A stretch of DNA of 64,000 bases, taken from NCBI GenBank assembly GCA_963722075.1, contig CAVRJM010000001.1:544001-608000 (forward strand). Direction: 5' to 3'. Below the pieces are notes generated by a model. That model ran no database searches. It was not told where the DNA came from and was given only the letters and a program-made list of their open reading frames with translations. The position numbers and the translations under genes are program-made. Shown here one piece after another: positions 49,105 through 59,199 of this stretch. Each line of letters begins with the position of its first letter. Positions within the stretch are counted from its first letter, which is position 1. This DNA comes from Candidatus Babeliales bacterium (lineage in GTDB: Bacteria; Babelota; Babeliae; Babelales; JANWKD01).

Positions 49105-49200
49105 ATGGCAATCTCTAACGAGGTTATTGAAGAAGTAAAAAAAAGACTTATCGAGGTATACGATCCCCTTAAAATTTATCTTTTTGGATCATATGCATGA
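49105..49200 (+). pseudogene. Fragment of minimal nucleotidyltransferase (MNT)
   Basis: GAAGGA RBS; MAISNEVIEEVKKRLIEVYDPLKIYLFGSYA-stop. Confidence 0.7.
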
Positions 49201-49379
49201 TTCTCTCGCAACCGGCTTATCACAAATCTTCCTGCTTGAGCTTGTAAAAAATTTTTGTCTTTTTGTCTATTAATAATTATTAATACCTTATATACTGTAT
49301 CTGTTTTTATTTGTATCCTGACAAAAGTTGGTAGTATATGGCGTGTTATAGTTTCTAAACTTTAAAGTCGATACACACA

Positions 49380-52300
49380 ATGAAACACAGATCAAAACTC
49401 TTACTCTTTATTTTTCTTTCATTTTATTTTCCCCTCTTTACTATGCAAAATAAGCCCGACAAAGATTTGTACTTAAGCCAATTACAAACGCAGGTAAAAC
49501 CGGCATTTGGCTTGGACAGATTATATGAACCTGGGTTTATCAGCCCCAAAAAAGAATTAAAAGATAAAAAAAAGCAAGAAGATCCGTCTCAACTTGATCT
49601 TCTTGAAAGTAACCCTTTCCAGAGTTTAGGATACCAAAACAAAGCAGTTGGCGAGACCTTAGAACTTTTTGAAAATTTCAGCGACGGAGTCTCATCACAT
49701 AATGAATCGTCTTTTGATGCCTTTATTAGCGGGCTAGCACAGGTAAGTGCAAATATTGTTATTACTGGAGCAATAGGCTACTACGCAAGCGCAGCGCTTG
49801 GGGCATGCTCAGAAGCCAAATATCTTAAAGAAAAATTTGATGAATTAGATAGTAATAATGTCTCTAGCCCGGCTGCAAATGTTCTAAGCGTTATGCAGAC
49901 TGGTTGCACCGTTCAAGAAAATTTTGATAATATTGGAATAATTCTTCAAGCAGCAGAAAAACTCGATCAACAAAAAAGAAAAGTTATTAAATCGCATGAA
50001 AAAAAGCTCATGCAGTTTGCAACACTCATAAGAGAAGGCATTAAAAATTCATCCTATGATCTTCACCAAAGCTATTATGGCGGCTTGACCTATCCTGTAT
50101 ATACACAACATCAAAGAGAAAAAATCTCTAACATCCCAGAATTTGATCTAGAAAAATCTCACCAAGAATATTGGGCTCAGCATGAACGAGGTCTACGACG
50201 ATTCCAAGAAGAAAAAAAAGCTGCAAAACAAAAACCACAAAAAACCACTGCCAATAAAAGTAGTAATAGCAATAGCATAGCAGCAACCGACACCACGCAG
50301 GCTCGTGAAGAGCGTGCTAAAATTTTTGTAGAACAACAAAAAAAATTAGACACATTGCTCAAAGAATTCAAGTCAGAAATGGAATATCAAGAAGCAATGA
50401 GCACCATTGCCGGTGGATTTAACGGAGTTGCTGCAATAGCTTCTATTTTTGGAAACAAGAAAGAAGCGTATGCTATTGCAACATTCGCTACAGCCGGCAT
50501 TCAGGCTGTTGATAGTATGCGCACTATTGCGCAAGCAGGTTTAACAGGAGCAGGCATTCATCCCTATGTCGGCATACTTATGTCAGTTGCAAGCATGGTT
50601 AGTCTCTTTCAAGAAGATGATGCTCAAGATGGCACACAAGCAATTCTTGATGCAATTGCACACGGCATTATGCATTTATCACAACAAATACATCAATTTC
50701 AAGAAGAAGTGCGCGAACAGTTTGCAGAAGTGCATAAAAAATTGGACAAACATCATTTGATCGTGCTTGAAAAATTCTTTGCGCTACATCAAGATCAAGA
50801 GAATATTCTTCAGCATTTAAAAGATCTTCACACTTATATAGCAGATAATCACAGAGCGATTCAAAGTGGCATTGATGCATTGCATGCACGCGTTGATACC
50901 AATTTCAGAATGACTCTTGATAACTTGAATGGTTTTCGCATAGAAAATATCGATAAATTAAGAGAACGTTCATTGCTCATTTTAAAGCGTACTGATGTTT
51001 CACCGGAAGAATTTAGCAGATGCTTAGATGAACTTTATATTGAAGGAACAAGCGGAGCATCAGCCGATGCATTAACGGGCGGATCAGTTGATATTCATTC
51101 CCCTGCTGCAATTCAAACGGTACTTGAAAGATCATCTTCACTGCATAATATTTTTGAACATCCGGCATTTGCCAACATCAATTTACTCAGTAGATTTCTT
51201 TACCATGAAAAACTCGTAAACCCCTTAATTTGGATTAAATGTGTGGATACGATTATGCAAATGCTTGATCAAAAACTTAAGCCTGATGAAGAATATCCAC
51301 CAACAGAAAACATGAAAGATTTGGATATTAAAAAATTGCTGCTTCTCAAAAAGCATGGTAAAAAAGTACGCGCATTTATAAAAAGAGTTGGCCAAAAAAA
51401 ATATCTAGAACATATGGCGCAAACCTATGAGCAAGGATTACAAGAACTTTCAGAAGCAGTTCAGCATGTGCAAACAAATTTTGAAGAAAAAGAAACGCAA
51501 TTGCTGCGCAGAGAACATACTGCTTTTTTTGAAGCAGAAAGATCAAAAACACAAAGAATTGCAAGTTCGTATGAATGTAAAAAATGCGTTGAACATGTTA
51601 CATACTTTACTCAACCGACAAATAGATATAAGATACTGTACCAACGATCCGATCCTTTCTGGTTATATTATCGAGAACAAAAAGACCCCCCACATTCCCG
51701 GCGTGCTCCGCCTCTTTTACCAGAATGCAATGAAGTTCATATGTTAAGCACCGGCGAAAAGAAACCTACTGATGTTTTAAATCCAACCGAAAAACTTAAA
51801 CAAATTTGCCAAGAACATACACACTTTATGGAAGCGCAAAAGGATTTGTTACTTAGATCAATAGCATTGGATCTTACGCACAATGCTTGTAATGCGATAG
51901 GTAATGGAAGAAGTCAATGGTTATATCCTGAAAATGACGCTACTACTATTCCAATTCTTCTGTTGCCAAAACAAAATCTTCCTCTTAATTCCATCTATAT
52001 TACTGCCGAAAATAAAGGAAAGGGGACGATAACGCATGAATATACTACCACAGGAAATGTCTTTCATTTACAGTCGTATTTTACGATTAAGCACAATAAT
52101 CAAAAAGTAAAAATTTTAGATATGTTTAAGCCATATACTTCAGAGCAAGAATACTCTTCAATTGAAAACATACTTCATTATTGGTATGGAGGTCGTTTTG
52201 CAAAAGCTCCTGATCTCTTTAAAATACAACGAAATAATATGACGTCTTGGCACTTCTTTCCTTTTCCTCCCATAACCCCCTATCCAGCCGAACGCGATAC

Positions 52301-53048
52301 CTTCGTAAGCACCGCACAAAGAGGCCCTGATCAAGCAAATCAATTTTTACCGTTAATTCAGCAGTTGATTGAAGAAGATCAACAAGAAAAAAGACTGCAA
52401 TTTAATCAAGAAATAATGACGCACATGAGTTGCAAATCACCAACTTCAGAAGTGTACAAGGCTGCTCAAAAAGTTGATGTTTGCTTTAAAATCCTCGATG
52501 CCCTTTTAACGCTTATGTACCATGATCTTATGAGCGAAGATCAACGTTCAGATCATCCTGAGCTTTTTGCAATAACAAGTGATGATGATAAGCACTACCT
52601 GAAAAATGGTACTGCACTAACACGTTATCTCCAAAATTATTCTTCAAAAATTAATCAGGAACACAAACAAGGTGATTATTTACCCTGTTATATTCGCTAT
52701 ACAACCGATAAACTGATGCATGCAGTTCAAGAAATTAATAATGCGAGGTATCGACCTCAATTTAAGGCAGTAACGCAAGTTATTGATAATATTAATCTTC
52801 TTGTTCGTAACTATAGAGATATTAGGCCAAGAGAAATAGCACCAAAACCGACTTCTGAAGAATCTAAATTATTGGCAATTATTTTGAGACAAAATGAGGA
52901 AAAAGATAAAAAAATTGACGAACTTATGGAACATAACAGAGAACTCGCAGCAGAGACAAAAGCACTCAGAGAAGAAGTTGCGGGTGTGAAAGAACAATTG
53001 CAACAAATGATGGCGGCCTTGTTACTAGAAATGAAAAAGGGCGTATGA
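49380..53048 (+). CDS. Large exported protein with hydrophobic helices and coiled coils (toxin/translocator-like)
   Basis: Signal peptide + Met; Ala/Gly-rich hydrophobic stretch at about aa 340-410 followed by long heptad region; C-terminal coiled coil. Confidence 0.8.
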   Translation: MKHRSKLLLFIFLSFYFPLFTMQNKPDKDLYLSQLQTQVKPAFGLDRLYEPGFISPKKELKDKKKQEDPSQLDLLESNPFQSLGYQNKAVGETLELFENFSDGVSSHNESSFDAFISGLAQVSANIVITGAIGYYASAALGACSEAKYLKEKFDELDSNNVSSPAANVLSVMQTGCTVQENFDNIGIILQAAEKLDQQKRKVIKSHEKKLMQFATLIREGIKNSSYDLHQSYYGGLTYPVYTQHQREKISNIPEFDLEKSHQEYWAQHERGLRRFQEEKKAAKQKPQKTTANKSSNSNSIAATDTTQAREERAKIFVEQQKKLDTLLKEFKSEMEYQEAMSTIAGGFNGVAAIASIFGNKKEAYAIATFATAGIQAVDSMRTIAQAGLTGAGIHPYVGILMSVASMVSLFQEDDAQDGTQAILDAIAHGIMHLSQQIHQFQEEVREQFAEVHKKLDKHHLIVLEKFFALHQDQENILQHLKDLHTYIADNHRAIQSGIDALHARVDTNFRMTLDNLNGFRIENIDKLRERSLLILKRTDVSPEEFSRCLDELYIEGTSGASADALTGGSVDIHSPAAIQTVLERSSSLHNIFEHPAFANINLLSRFLYHEKLVNPLIWIKCVDTIMQMLDQKLKPDEEYPPTENMKDLDIKKLLLLKKHGKKVRAFIKRVGQKKYLEHMAQTYEQGLQELSEAVQHVQTNFEEKETQLLRREHTAFFEAERSKTQRIASSYECKKCVEHVTYFTQPTNRYKILYQRSDPFWLYYREQKDPPHSRRAPPLLPECNEVHMLSTGEKKPTDVLNPTEKLKQICQEHTHFMEAQKDLLLRSIALDLTHNACNAIGNGRSQWLYPENDATTIPILLLPKQNLPLNSIYITAENKGKGTITHEYTTTGNVFHLQSYFTIKHNNQKVKILDMFKPYTSEQEYSSIENILHYWYGGRFAKAPDLFKIQRNNMTSWHFFPFPPITPYPAERDTFVSTAQRGPDQANQFLPLIQQLIEEDQQEKRLQFNQEIMTHMSCKSPTSEVYKAAQKVDVCFKILDALLTLMYHDLMSEDQRSDHPELFAITSDDDKHYLKNGTALTRYLQNYSSKINQEHKQGDYLPCYIRYTTDKLMHAVQEINNARYRPQFKAVTQVIDNINLLVRNYRDIRPREIAPKPTSEESKLLAIILRQNEEKDKKIDELMEHNRELAAETKALREEVAGVKEQLQQMMAALLLEMKKGV

Positions 53049-53282
53049 TACAGTTAAAAACCATTAATCCTTTTTACGACCTTTATGTCCCTTAGTTCTT
53101 AACTGTTTTAAAGCGAAGAAAACAAAAGGCAGAAGTGAAAGTAAATATTCCCAGCACAAGAAAACCAACATGATAAAGCAACCTGTTTCAAATACTAGCG
53201 CTTTGCATGCAACGAAAAAGAACAATAAATAAAAATGCTTACTTTTTTTGGGCAACCATAAGTATGCACTCTGATTTATTTT

Positions 53283-54092
53283 CTATTCCGCTCCCTTTTG
53301 AATTACATAACAATACTGCAAATCAGCAAACTTCAATAATGGCTTAATAACCACGTTATAATGCAATCCCTGAAGCTCAAATGATTTAATGGTGCCAATG
53401 CCAAATCCTTGTGGAAACACTAACCCTTCTCCACTAGAAATTACTAAATCATCATTTTTTAGCGTATGAAGATGACTCACATATTGTAACATCGATTGCT
53501 TTTTTTTATTAACACCTTCATGAATACCATGTGCTTGCGATGATAAGCAGTATGCAGCCATTTTACATTCAGGATCAGTAATAAGTTTTACTTTACTATA
53601 ATAAGGATACACATGCGTTACTCTTCCTACTAAACAATTCTTGTACACCGCAATCATATCAACCGTTACTCCGTGAGCACTACCGCAATCAATGAGATAC
53701 GAATGTTCATAAGCAGAAAAATGCTTCATAATGATTTGTGAAATTCGTGCATATTGCACATTATATTTTGATTTAAAATTAATAACTTCTTGCGTGTGAT
53801 TATAATAATGTAACGTTGCTTGTAACCCTATATTTTCTGATCTTAACTGCTCATTTTCTTCTTTTAATACGGTTGATTGTTTCTGTATTAAATCCATTTC
53901 TTTTTTCTTTTTAACATATGAAACAATCGGTTGGCATACTACCTGTTGCAGCTTTATAAAAGGATATAGTATGAGTGATACACCCTGTTGCAGGTAATTA
54001 GTTGGAACATACAACAACCTATAAGAAACAGCGGCAATACTACTCAAGAGAATTAGATAATACAAAAAAGAACGTACTCGCACGGCAAACAT
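53283..54092 (-). CDS. mreC: Rod shape-determining protein MreC
   Basis: N-terminal TM, coiled coil LKEENEQLR, IDCGS..GV, LVGRV, SKVKLITD, VISSG.G.VFP.G..IG. Confidence 0.9.
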   Translation of the reverse strand: MFAVRVRSFLYYLILLSSIAAVSYRLLYVPTNYLQQGVSLILYPFIKLQQVVCQPIVSYVKKKKEMDLIQKQSTVLKEENEQLRSENIGLQATLHYYNHTQEVINFKSKYNVQYARISQIIMKHFSAYEHSYLIDCGSAHGVTVDMIAVYKNCLVGRVTHVYPYYSKVKLITDPECKMAAYCLSSQAHGIHEGVNKKKQSMLQYVSHLHTLKNDDLVISSGEGLVFPQGFGIGTIKSFELQGLHYNVVIKPLLKFADLQYCYVIQKGAE

Positions 54093-54217
54093 AATAATCT
54101 TTCATCATATTTGTTTACGACATAATGCATCATATAATTTTTTATTGAATAGTTAAAAATCATTATGATACGCTGCAAGTATACTCATAAAATTATATTA
54201 ATAAAGGGAGCATTCTA

Positions 54218-54622
54218 ATGGAAGGTCATTTAAGCAAAGAGCATATACAGGCATGTGATAACTGCATAGATGCTTGTCAACGATGCATCGATACTACTCA
54301 ACAAGTAATTGATATGTGTTCAGCAAATGATAATATCGATTGTGCTGAGCATGTTGGCATCTGTATTAAAGATTGCGCCGCCTGTATCGAAGCATGCAAA
54401 GTATGCATACAATTTTGTAGAAAACATCGTGAAGAATGCAAAAATGTTGAATGTATAAAAAAAATGGATTGGTGCGTTAAGCGGTGTCAGGAATGTATCA
54501 ATGCATGCGAAGAATGTATGGAAGAATGTAAAGCCGGAAAAAAAGAATGCGTTGATAAATGCCTAAAATGCATTGAAGCATGCTCAGATTGTTCGCAAGC
54601 ATGTCAACAAATGAAAAGCTAA
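54218..54622 (+). CDS. Cys-rich four-helix-bundle copper storage-like protein (Csp3/DUF326-like)
   Basis: 26 Cys in CxxC/CxxxC helical spacing, no signal peptide. Confidence 0.75.
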   Translation: MEGHLSKEHIQACDNCIDACQRCIDTTQQVIDMCSANDNIDCAEHVGICIKDCAACIEACKVCIQFCRKHREECKNVECIKKMDWCVKRCQECINACEECMEECKAGKKECVDKCLKCIEACSDCSQACQQMKS

Positions 54623-55459
54623 TTAAAAGTGATATGACATTTTAAATGCCGGTTCTCCTTGGTTATTTTGTACACAATCAAAGGAATAGCGCCGAGCTTC
54701 TAATTTTTTTTCAATTACCGTATTAGCAGCAAAGGCAAAAATTAATCCTAAGCAACCGCCAGCCACTAATTGGGAAAGATAATGGCGATTACAATTTATA
54801 AAATCAACCAGAACAAAGGTACCAACCAATCCTAATGGGATCGCCCATACAGGCCCATGCCGCATACCAAATAATGCGGTCATGAAGACTACATTTGCCA
54901 TGTGCCCAGAGGGAAAACCACCCGGGGACCGCTCTTTTTTACTAAATCGCTCATTCCAAGGACGCAAACATGCTTTAAAGCGCAATTGTTTAATAATATC
55001 CTTACCCGATTGTACAAATGGAAGTCCTATCAAAAAAAGCCGCGCCGTTGTACGCAAATCTTCATTCCACCCGAGTACGGTCAAACTTGAAAGCAGTATA
55101 ATTGGCACCGCAACACCACATTTTGCCATTTCATAGCAACAATTAGGTAATTGATTAACATTTTTATGTTCGCGTGCATCATAAAAATTTAGTTGAAGAT
55201 CTTCATCAATCATACGCGCACCCAAATAAAACGGGGTAAAACCGGTCATTATTTTTACCGTGTTCATTGAAAAGACATGCACGTTCAACATTAATGCATC
55301 AATAATAACTTCACCAATAAAGCGCGCGGCACTATGAAAAAAAAAGTTTTTTTTTGGACATTTAGGAAAGTAAATATTTCTTTCATGCGCTTGAACAGTA
55401 AAAGCAGATAAGTAGAGAAAAAAAAGTAATGCAAAAAAAGGTAGCTTTAAATAACGCAT
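54623..55459 (-). CDS. PAP2 family phosphatase-like membrane protein
   Basis: K......RP, FPSGH, RHYLSQLVAG. Confidence 0.85.
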   Translation of the reverse strand: MRYLKLPFFALLFFLYLSAFTVQAHERNIYFPKCPKKNFFFHSAARFIGEVIIDALMLNVHVFSMNTVKIMTGFTPFYLGARMIDEDLQLNFYDAREHKNVNQLPNCCYEMAKCGVAVPIILLSSLTVLGWNEDLRTTARLFLIGLPFVQSGKDIIKQLRFKACLRPWNERFSKKERSPGGFPSGHMANVVFMTALFGMRHGPVWAIPLGLVGTFVLVDFINCNRHYLSQLVAGGCLGLIFAFAANTVIEKKLEARRYSFDCVQNNQGEPAFKMSYHF

Positions 55460-55531
55460 ATTAATTTGATTACAAGGAAATTGGTACTACGTACTTAATG
55501 AGCTTAAAAAATTTTGTATTGATATAACAAT

Positions 55532-55560
55532 AAAAAAAGCCCGGAAAGCCTCCGAGCTTT
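55532..55560 (-). terminator. Rho-independent terminator
   Basis: Minus strand AAAGCTCGGA-GGCTT-TCCGGGC followed by T7, just past the 55588 stop. Confidence 0.7.
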
Positions 55561-55587
55561 AAAGTAACATTAAAAAATATTATATTT

Positions 55588-55968
55588 TTACCAATTCATT
55601 TTTCTTTTCAATTTATACACTAGATCATTAACACGCGGTTTATAATAGCTATACATCCAACAGCTCCCCAATAAAATCGCGGGAAATTTAACAAAACCTG
55701 GCGTACTATCATAGGCATATTTCATGCCTTCAAATGCTTTAGCAGGAAATTGTCGATCTTTTACTACGCACTGAATCGTACCTCCAGCTAATAATACTAC
55801 GGTCGGCAACCATCCTTTAAAAAAATAATCATTGCTAAAGCCTCTAATACTCTTCCAGGTACTTATCGTTTTAAGTGGCTCAGTATCTTTACCAGTTTTC
55901 ATGGCAGCGCTATTTACAACAGCGCCAAAGAGCATACTGCTCAATAATACCGTAATAATACGTTTCAT
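55588..55968 (-). CDS. Exported small membrane protein
   Basis: Signal peptide ending NSAA then Met; two hydrophobic segments, basic tail. Confidence 0.7.
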   Translation of the reverse strand: MKRIITVLLSSMLFGAVVNSAAMKTGKDTEPLKTISTWKSIRGFSNDYFFKGWLPTVVLLAGGTIQCVVKDRQFPAKAFEGMKYAYDSTPGFVKFPAILLGSCWMYSYYKPRVNDLVYKLKRKMNW

Positions 55969-55970
55969 TG

Positions 55971-56744
55971 TTAATCTTCTCCTTCTTTACTAGTTACTTT
56001 ATTAAAATCACAACTTTTCGAGCGACGAGGCGATTGCAATGCCTTACTGCCAGGCGGCGATAATTGTTTTTGACTTACCGGGGATGTACTCATATTCACA
56101 AAAGTATCATCAGTTAAATCATCAGAAGAGCTTCTTTTTACCTTTTTACGTAAACATTCTTCTACAATTTCTTTAATCATTCCTGCTAATGTCTCATTTT
56201 TTGGTATAAATCTAATTAACCTTCCGGTATAAGATTCTCCTTCTTTTTCTTTTTCCTTATCTTTTCTATAGGTCGTCATGATTTGACGTTCAATTTGATG
56301 ACCAAATACAAAATACCAAATAGTTGTTAAGTCTTTTTCGCAATCATCAACTTTAATACCAATCTGCTTTACTTCTTGTACTAAATTTTTTATTTCAAGG
56401 AGTAAAGCATTATTTTGTTTCTGAAAATCCTCATGCTCTTCTTTCCATGAATTAAATAATTTCGAAATATCATCCATAAGAGGTTTAGATAATGAACGTA
56501 TAAACTCAGTGGGATTTTCAACTGGCTTTAACTTCTTAACATCACATTGTAATTGTTCTATTTGTTTATCTTTTTTATAACTTTTATACCAATCCCACAA
56601 TAAATATCCGCCAACACACGTCGCCGCACCACAATATTTAACCCATAATGGCGTAGTTTCCCAATGCTCTTTGAAAACCTGCATTGAATGAGTATGGAAG
56701 AATATAAAAGAAGAAATAAGCAGTATTATTTTTTGATATCCCAT
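55971..56744 (-). CDS. Exported protein with N-terminal anchor, coiled coil and Ser/Pro-rich tail
   Basis: AGGAG RBS; signal ending HTHS then Met; TM CGAATCVGGYLLW; tail with SP motifs. Confidence 0.75.
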   Translation of the reverse strand: MGYQKIILLISSFIFFHTHSMQVFKEHWETTPLWVKYCGAATCVGGYLLWDWYKSYKKDKQIEQLQCDVKKLKPVENPTEFIRSLSKPLMDDISKLFNSWKEEHEDFQKQNNALLLEIKNLVQEVKQIGIKVDDCEKDLTTIWYFVFGHQIERQIMTTYRKDKEKEKEGESYTGRLIRFIPKNETLAGMIKEIVEECLRKKVKRSSSDDLTDDTFVNMSTSPVSQKQLSPPGSKALQSPRRSKSCDFNKVTSKEGED

Positions 56745-56796
56745 AAACGTCTCCTAATTTATATTAGTATACAAAAAATAAATTTTAAAAAGTCAA

Positions 56797-58002
56797 TTAT
56801 TTATGTTTCCCAAACTTGAATATAAAATACGTTGGCACATAGCCCACTGCCAAACCATCTCTATTAAGCGATTGTAACGGCAAACGATGCTGATAAAAAT
56901 AAATAAAATCATCCCACGTTGTAATACCCTTAAATCTTTTTTCTAATGAAATGGCATGCACATTACCATAGCCACGACTGTATCCTTGTGCTTCAATAAG
57001 CTCATTATGTTCAATACTGCCCACTATAGACACATATCCGGGAGCCCATATAATATCGCCTTCCTCTAACAATTCTTCCCGTAATAATGGTACAAATGTA
57101 TGCAATACACTCGTACTATTTATGCAAAAATAAGGAATCCCAACAATCTGAGCGGCCCGCAATAGCAGCCCTGAACAATCAAAACCAGCATACGGACGTT
57201 TAACGATAGTAGGATCATTCCAATAGGCTATTTTATTATTATGACTCATTCCTTCTTCTAAAATGACCGTATCAGAATCTGACGTGTACGTGAAACTGCT
57301 ACCGCCCCACACATATGGAATAGATTGTTCTAAAGAGCACCAGTAGTATAACAACTCAACAAATGCTTTTTTTCGTTCATGGGGCAACGTGCAACTAGTT
57401 GGAAAAGCCGCCTTATAAGGAACTGTAGCATAGACCGTTTTATTATTTTCATAATCATACAATATCACCGTATAGTTGATATCCTTTGACAATGATGGAA
57501 CCGTTATCAAGCGCGTTCCTGCTGAATATGTCTTATGGGTAATTGGATCATACCACGGTACTATAAGGGTAATCACTTCTTCATGGATAGGTTGATTATT
57601 TTCACAAAATGGTTCGGGAAATATGGTAAGATCAATACTTTCTTTTTGTAATTCAGTTATAGAGATTACCCAATCTGCCCGCGTCCACGCTTTAACCGCT
57701 GTTGGTGCTTGCCGTGGCATCTGTACGGAATAGCAATTGGTTAACGCTATGTATACTTGCTCGCCTTTATAATCAAGAATTTTTACTTTTTCATTAAAAA
57801 TCGCTTGATGAATGCGCGTACACGAATCTTTATGACGTTCAGGAGATAATGAAATACGGTTATACAGATCTGAAATTGAACTAGTTTTGGATTCAAAAGG
57901 CTCGGCAATTAAATCAGCAACGGGAACACAAATATAGCCATACTCAGCATATGCCGATAAAAACCAAAAAAATAATATAAAAAATAAATGATACTTATTC
58001 AT
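56797..58002 (-). CDS. NlpC/P60 family peptidoglycan peptidase
   Basis: PYVWGG, GFDCSGL; signal peptide; VPVADL N-terminal motif. Confidence 0.88.
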   Translation of the reverse strand: MNKYHLFFILFFWFLSAYAEYGYICVPVADLIAEPFESKTSSISDLYNRISLSPERHKDSCTRIHQAIFNEKVKILDYKGEQVYIALTNCYSVQMPRQAPTAVKAWTRADWVISITELQKESIDLTIFPEPFCENNQPIHEEVITLIVPWYDPITHKTYSAGTRLITVPSLSKDINYTVILYDYENNKTVYATVPYKAAFPTSCTLPHERKKAFVELLYYWCSLEQSIPYVWGGSSFTYTSDSDTVILEEGMSHNNKIAYWNDPTIVKRPYAGFDCSGLLLRAAQIVGIPYFCINSTSVLHTFVPLLREELLEEGDIIWAPGYVSIVGSIEHNELIEAQGYSRGYGNVHAISLEKRFKGITTWDDFIYFYQHRLPLQSLNRDGLAVGYVPTYFIFKFGKHK

Positions 58003-58117
58003 CAAATAATCCCTTTTTTTTGAATTAAATTTTTTAGCTGTAATAAAAATCTTGCATTTTATTTGTATCTTTATTTTACACTATACCTAAATGGTTAAAG
58101 AATAAAAGGGGATAACA

Positions 58118-58576
58118 ATGATGATTAAGCCACTCTACTTAATGCTGACAATTGGCCTTCTTATTACTACTGCCAAAAAAAAAGAAGAAGAATCTAAATC
58201 ACTGGTTTCTACGCCAATCAAAAAAAAATCCTTATCACATTGTCAAAATAAACAGGGATGCGATTTAAAAAAATGCATTCTTGAATTAGCACCAGAAGAA
58301 AGCAAAAAAGTTTTGATAGAATTATCAGCTGACCAGCGAACAATTTTTTTTGAACAGTTATCGGTAAAGGAATATATTATGCTTCTTGATAATTACAATG
58401 AATATGAATGGAAGCGGTTATTCCAAGGATTATCGAATCAAGAAAAAAAACAATGGCCAGCATCAGTTCATGAACAGCGTGTTGCCATTGCAAAAATTAA
58501 AAAAGATGCACAACAAGAAAGTACAAAAGAAAACAAAATTAAACAATTTATGAAACAAACTTTTAAACCAACATAG
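58118..58576 (+). CDS. Exported helical-repeat protein, paralog A
   Basis: LS..EY..L......EW..L...LS..EK.QWP..V.EQ motif. Confidence 0.75.
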   Translation: MMIKPLYLMLTIGLLITTAKKKEEESKSLVSTPIKKKSLSHCQNKQGCDLKKCILELAPEESKKVLIELSADQRTIFFEQLSVKEYIMLLDNYNEYEWKRLFQGLSNQEKKQWPASVHEQRVAIAKIKKDAQQESTKENKIKQFMKQTFKPT

Positions 58577-58583
58577 AGCAGTT

Positions 58584-59189
58584 ATGATCAAAAAGTTAGC
58601 TTTATTTTTTATAATGTTGATTATATCGACAGCTTTTTCATCAGAATTAAATAACACCACCAATAATAATTATTACACCGTAATAAATGACAACTCTCAA
58701 CAATTTTTTAAAAAGAAAAAAAATAACAAACCATGTTTGTGTGAGGATGAAAATGGGAAAAAACTTGTCTCCTGCATCTTTGCGCTCAATCATCAAGAAA
58801 TGCATACTTTTTTTATGCTGCTACCCATCCATAAAAAAAGAGAATTTTTAAAAAATTTATCATTAGCTGAATATGAATATTTTATAACATCATACACCGA
58901 GCAAGAATGGCATCAACTCTATGAATCATTGGCAGAATATGAAAAACAACTATGGCCATCTACCGTTAAAGAGCAAACTGAATCACTAAATAATATTAAA
59001 GAATATGCTAATACGGCCGGGAAAGCTTTAGGATATACGTCTGATGCGATGACTCTGATAAATCCATTTCTAGTGGGAATTGCTGTTTTTAATAATGTGC
59101 ATTCGTATGTTACCGATGAGCGTCATGAAGTAAAAAGTATTAAAAACAGTGAGTTTAACAATTATATGGAAATTACCTTTGAATTATAA
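58584..59189 (+). CDS. Exported helical-repeat protein, paralog B
   Basis: Same motif; extra hydrophobic C-terminal segment. Confidence 0.75.
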   Translation: MIKKLALFFIMLIISTAFSSELNNTTNNNYYTVINDNSQQFFKKKKNNKPCLCEDENGKKLVSCIFALNHQEMHTFFMLLPIHKKREFLKNLSLAEYEYFITSYTEQEWHQLYESLAEYEKQLWPSTVKEQTESLNNIKEYANTAGKALGYTSDAMTLINPFLVGIAVFNNVHSYVTDERHEVKSIKNSEFNNYMEITFEL

Positions 59190-59199
59190 AAGGAGAAAT

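Noticed and set aside
53064..53255. mreD downstream of mreC
   Set aside because: Too short (63 aa), start unclear, no recognisable motif; may be a small membrane protein or a frameshifted remnant
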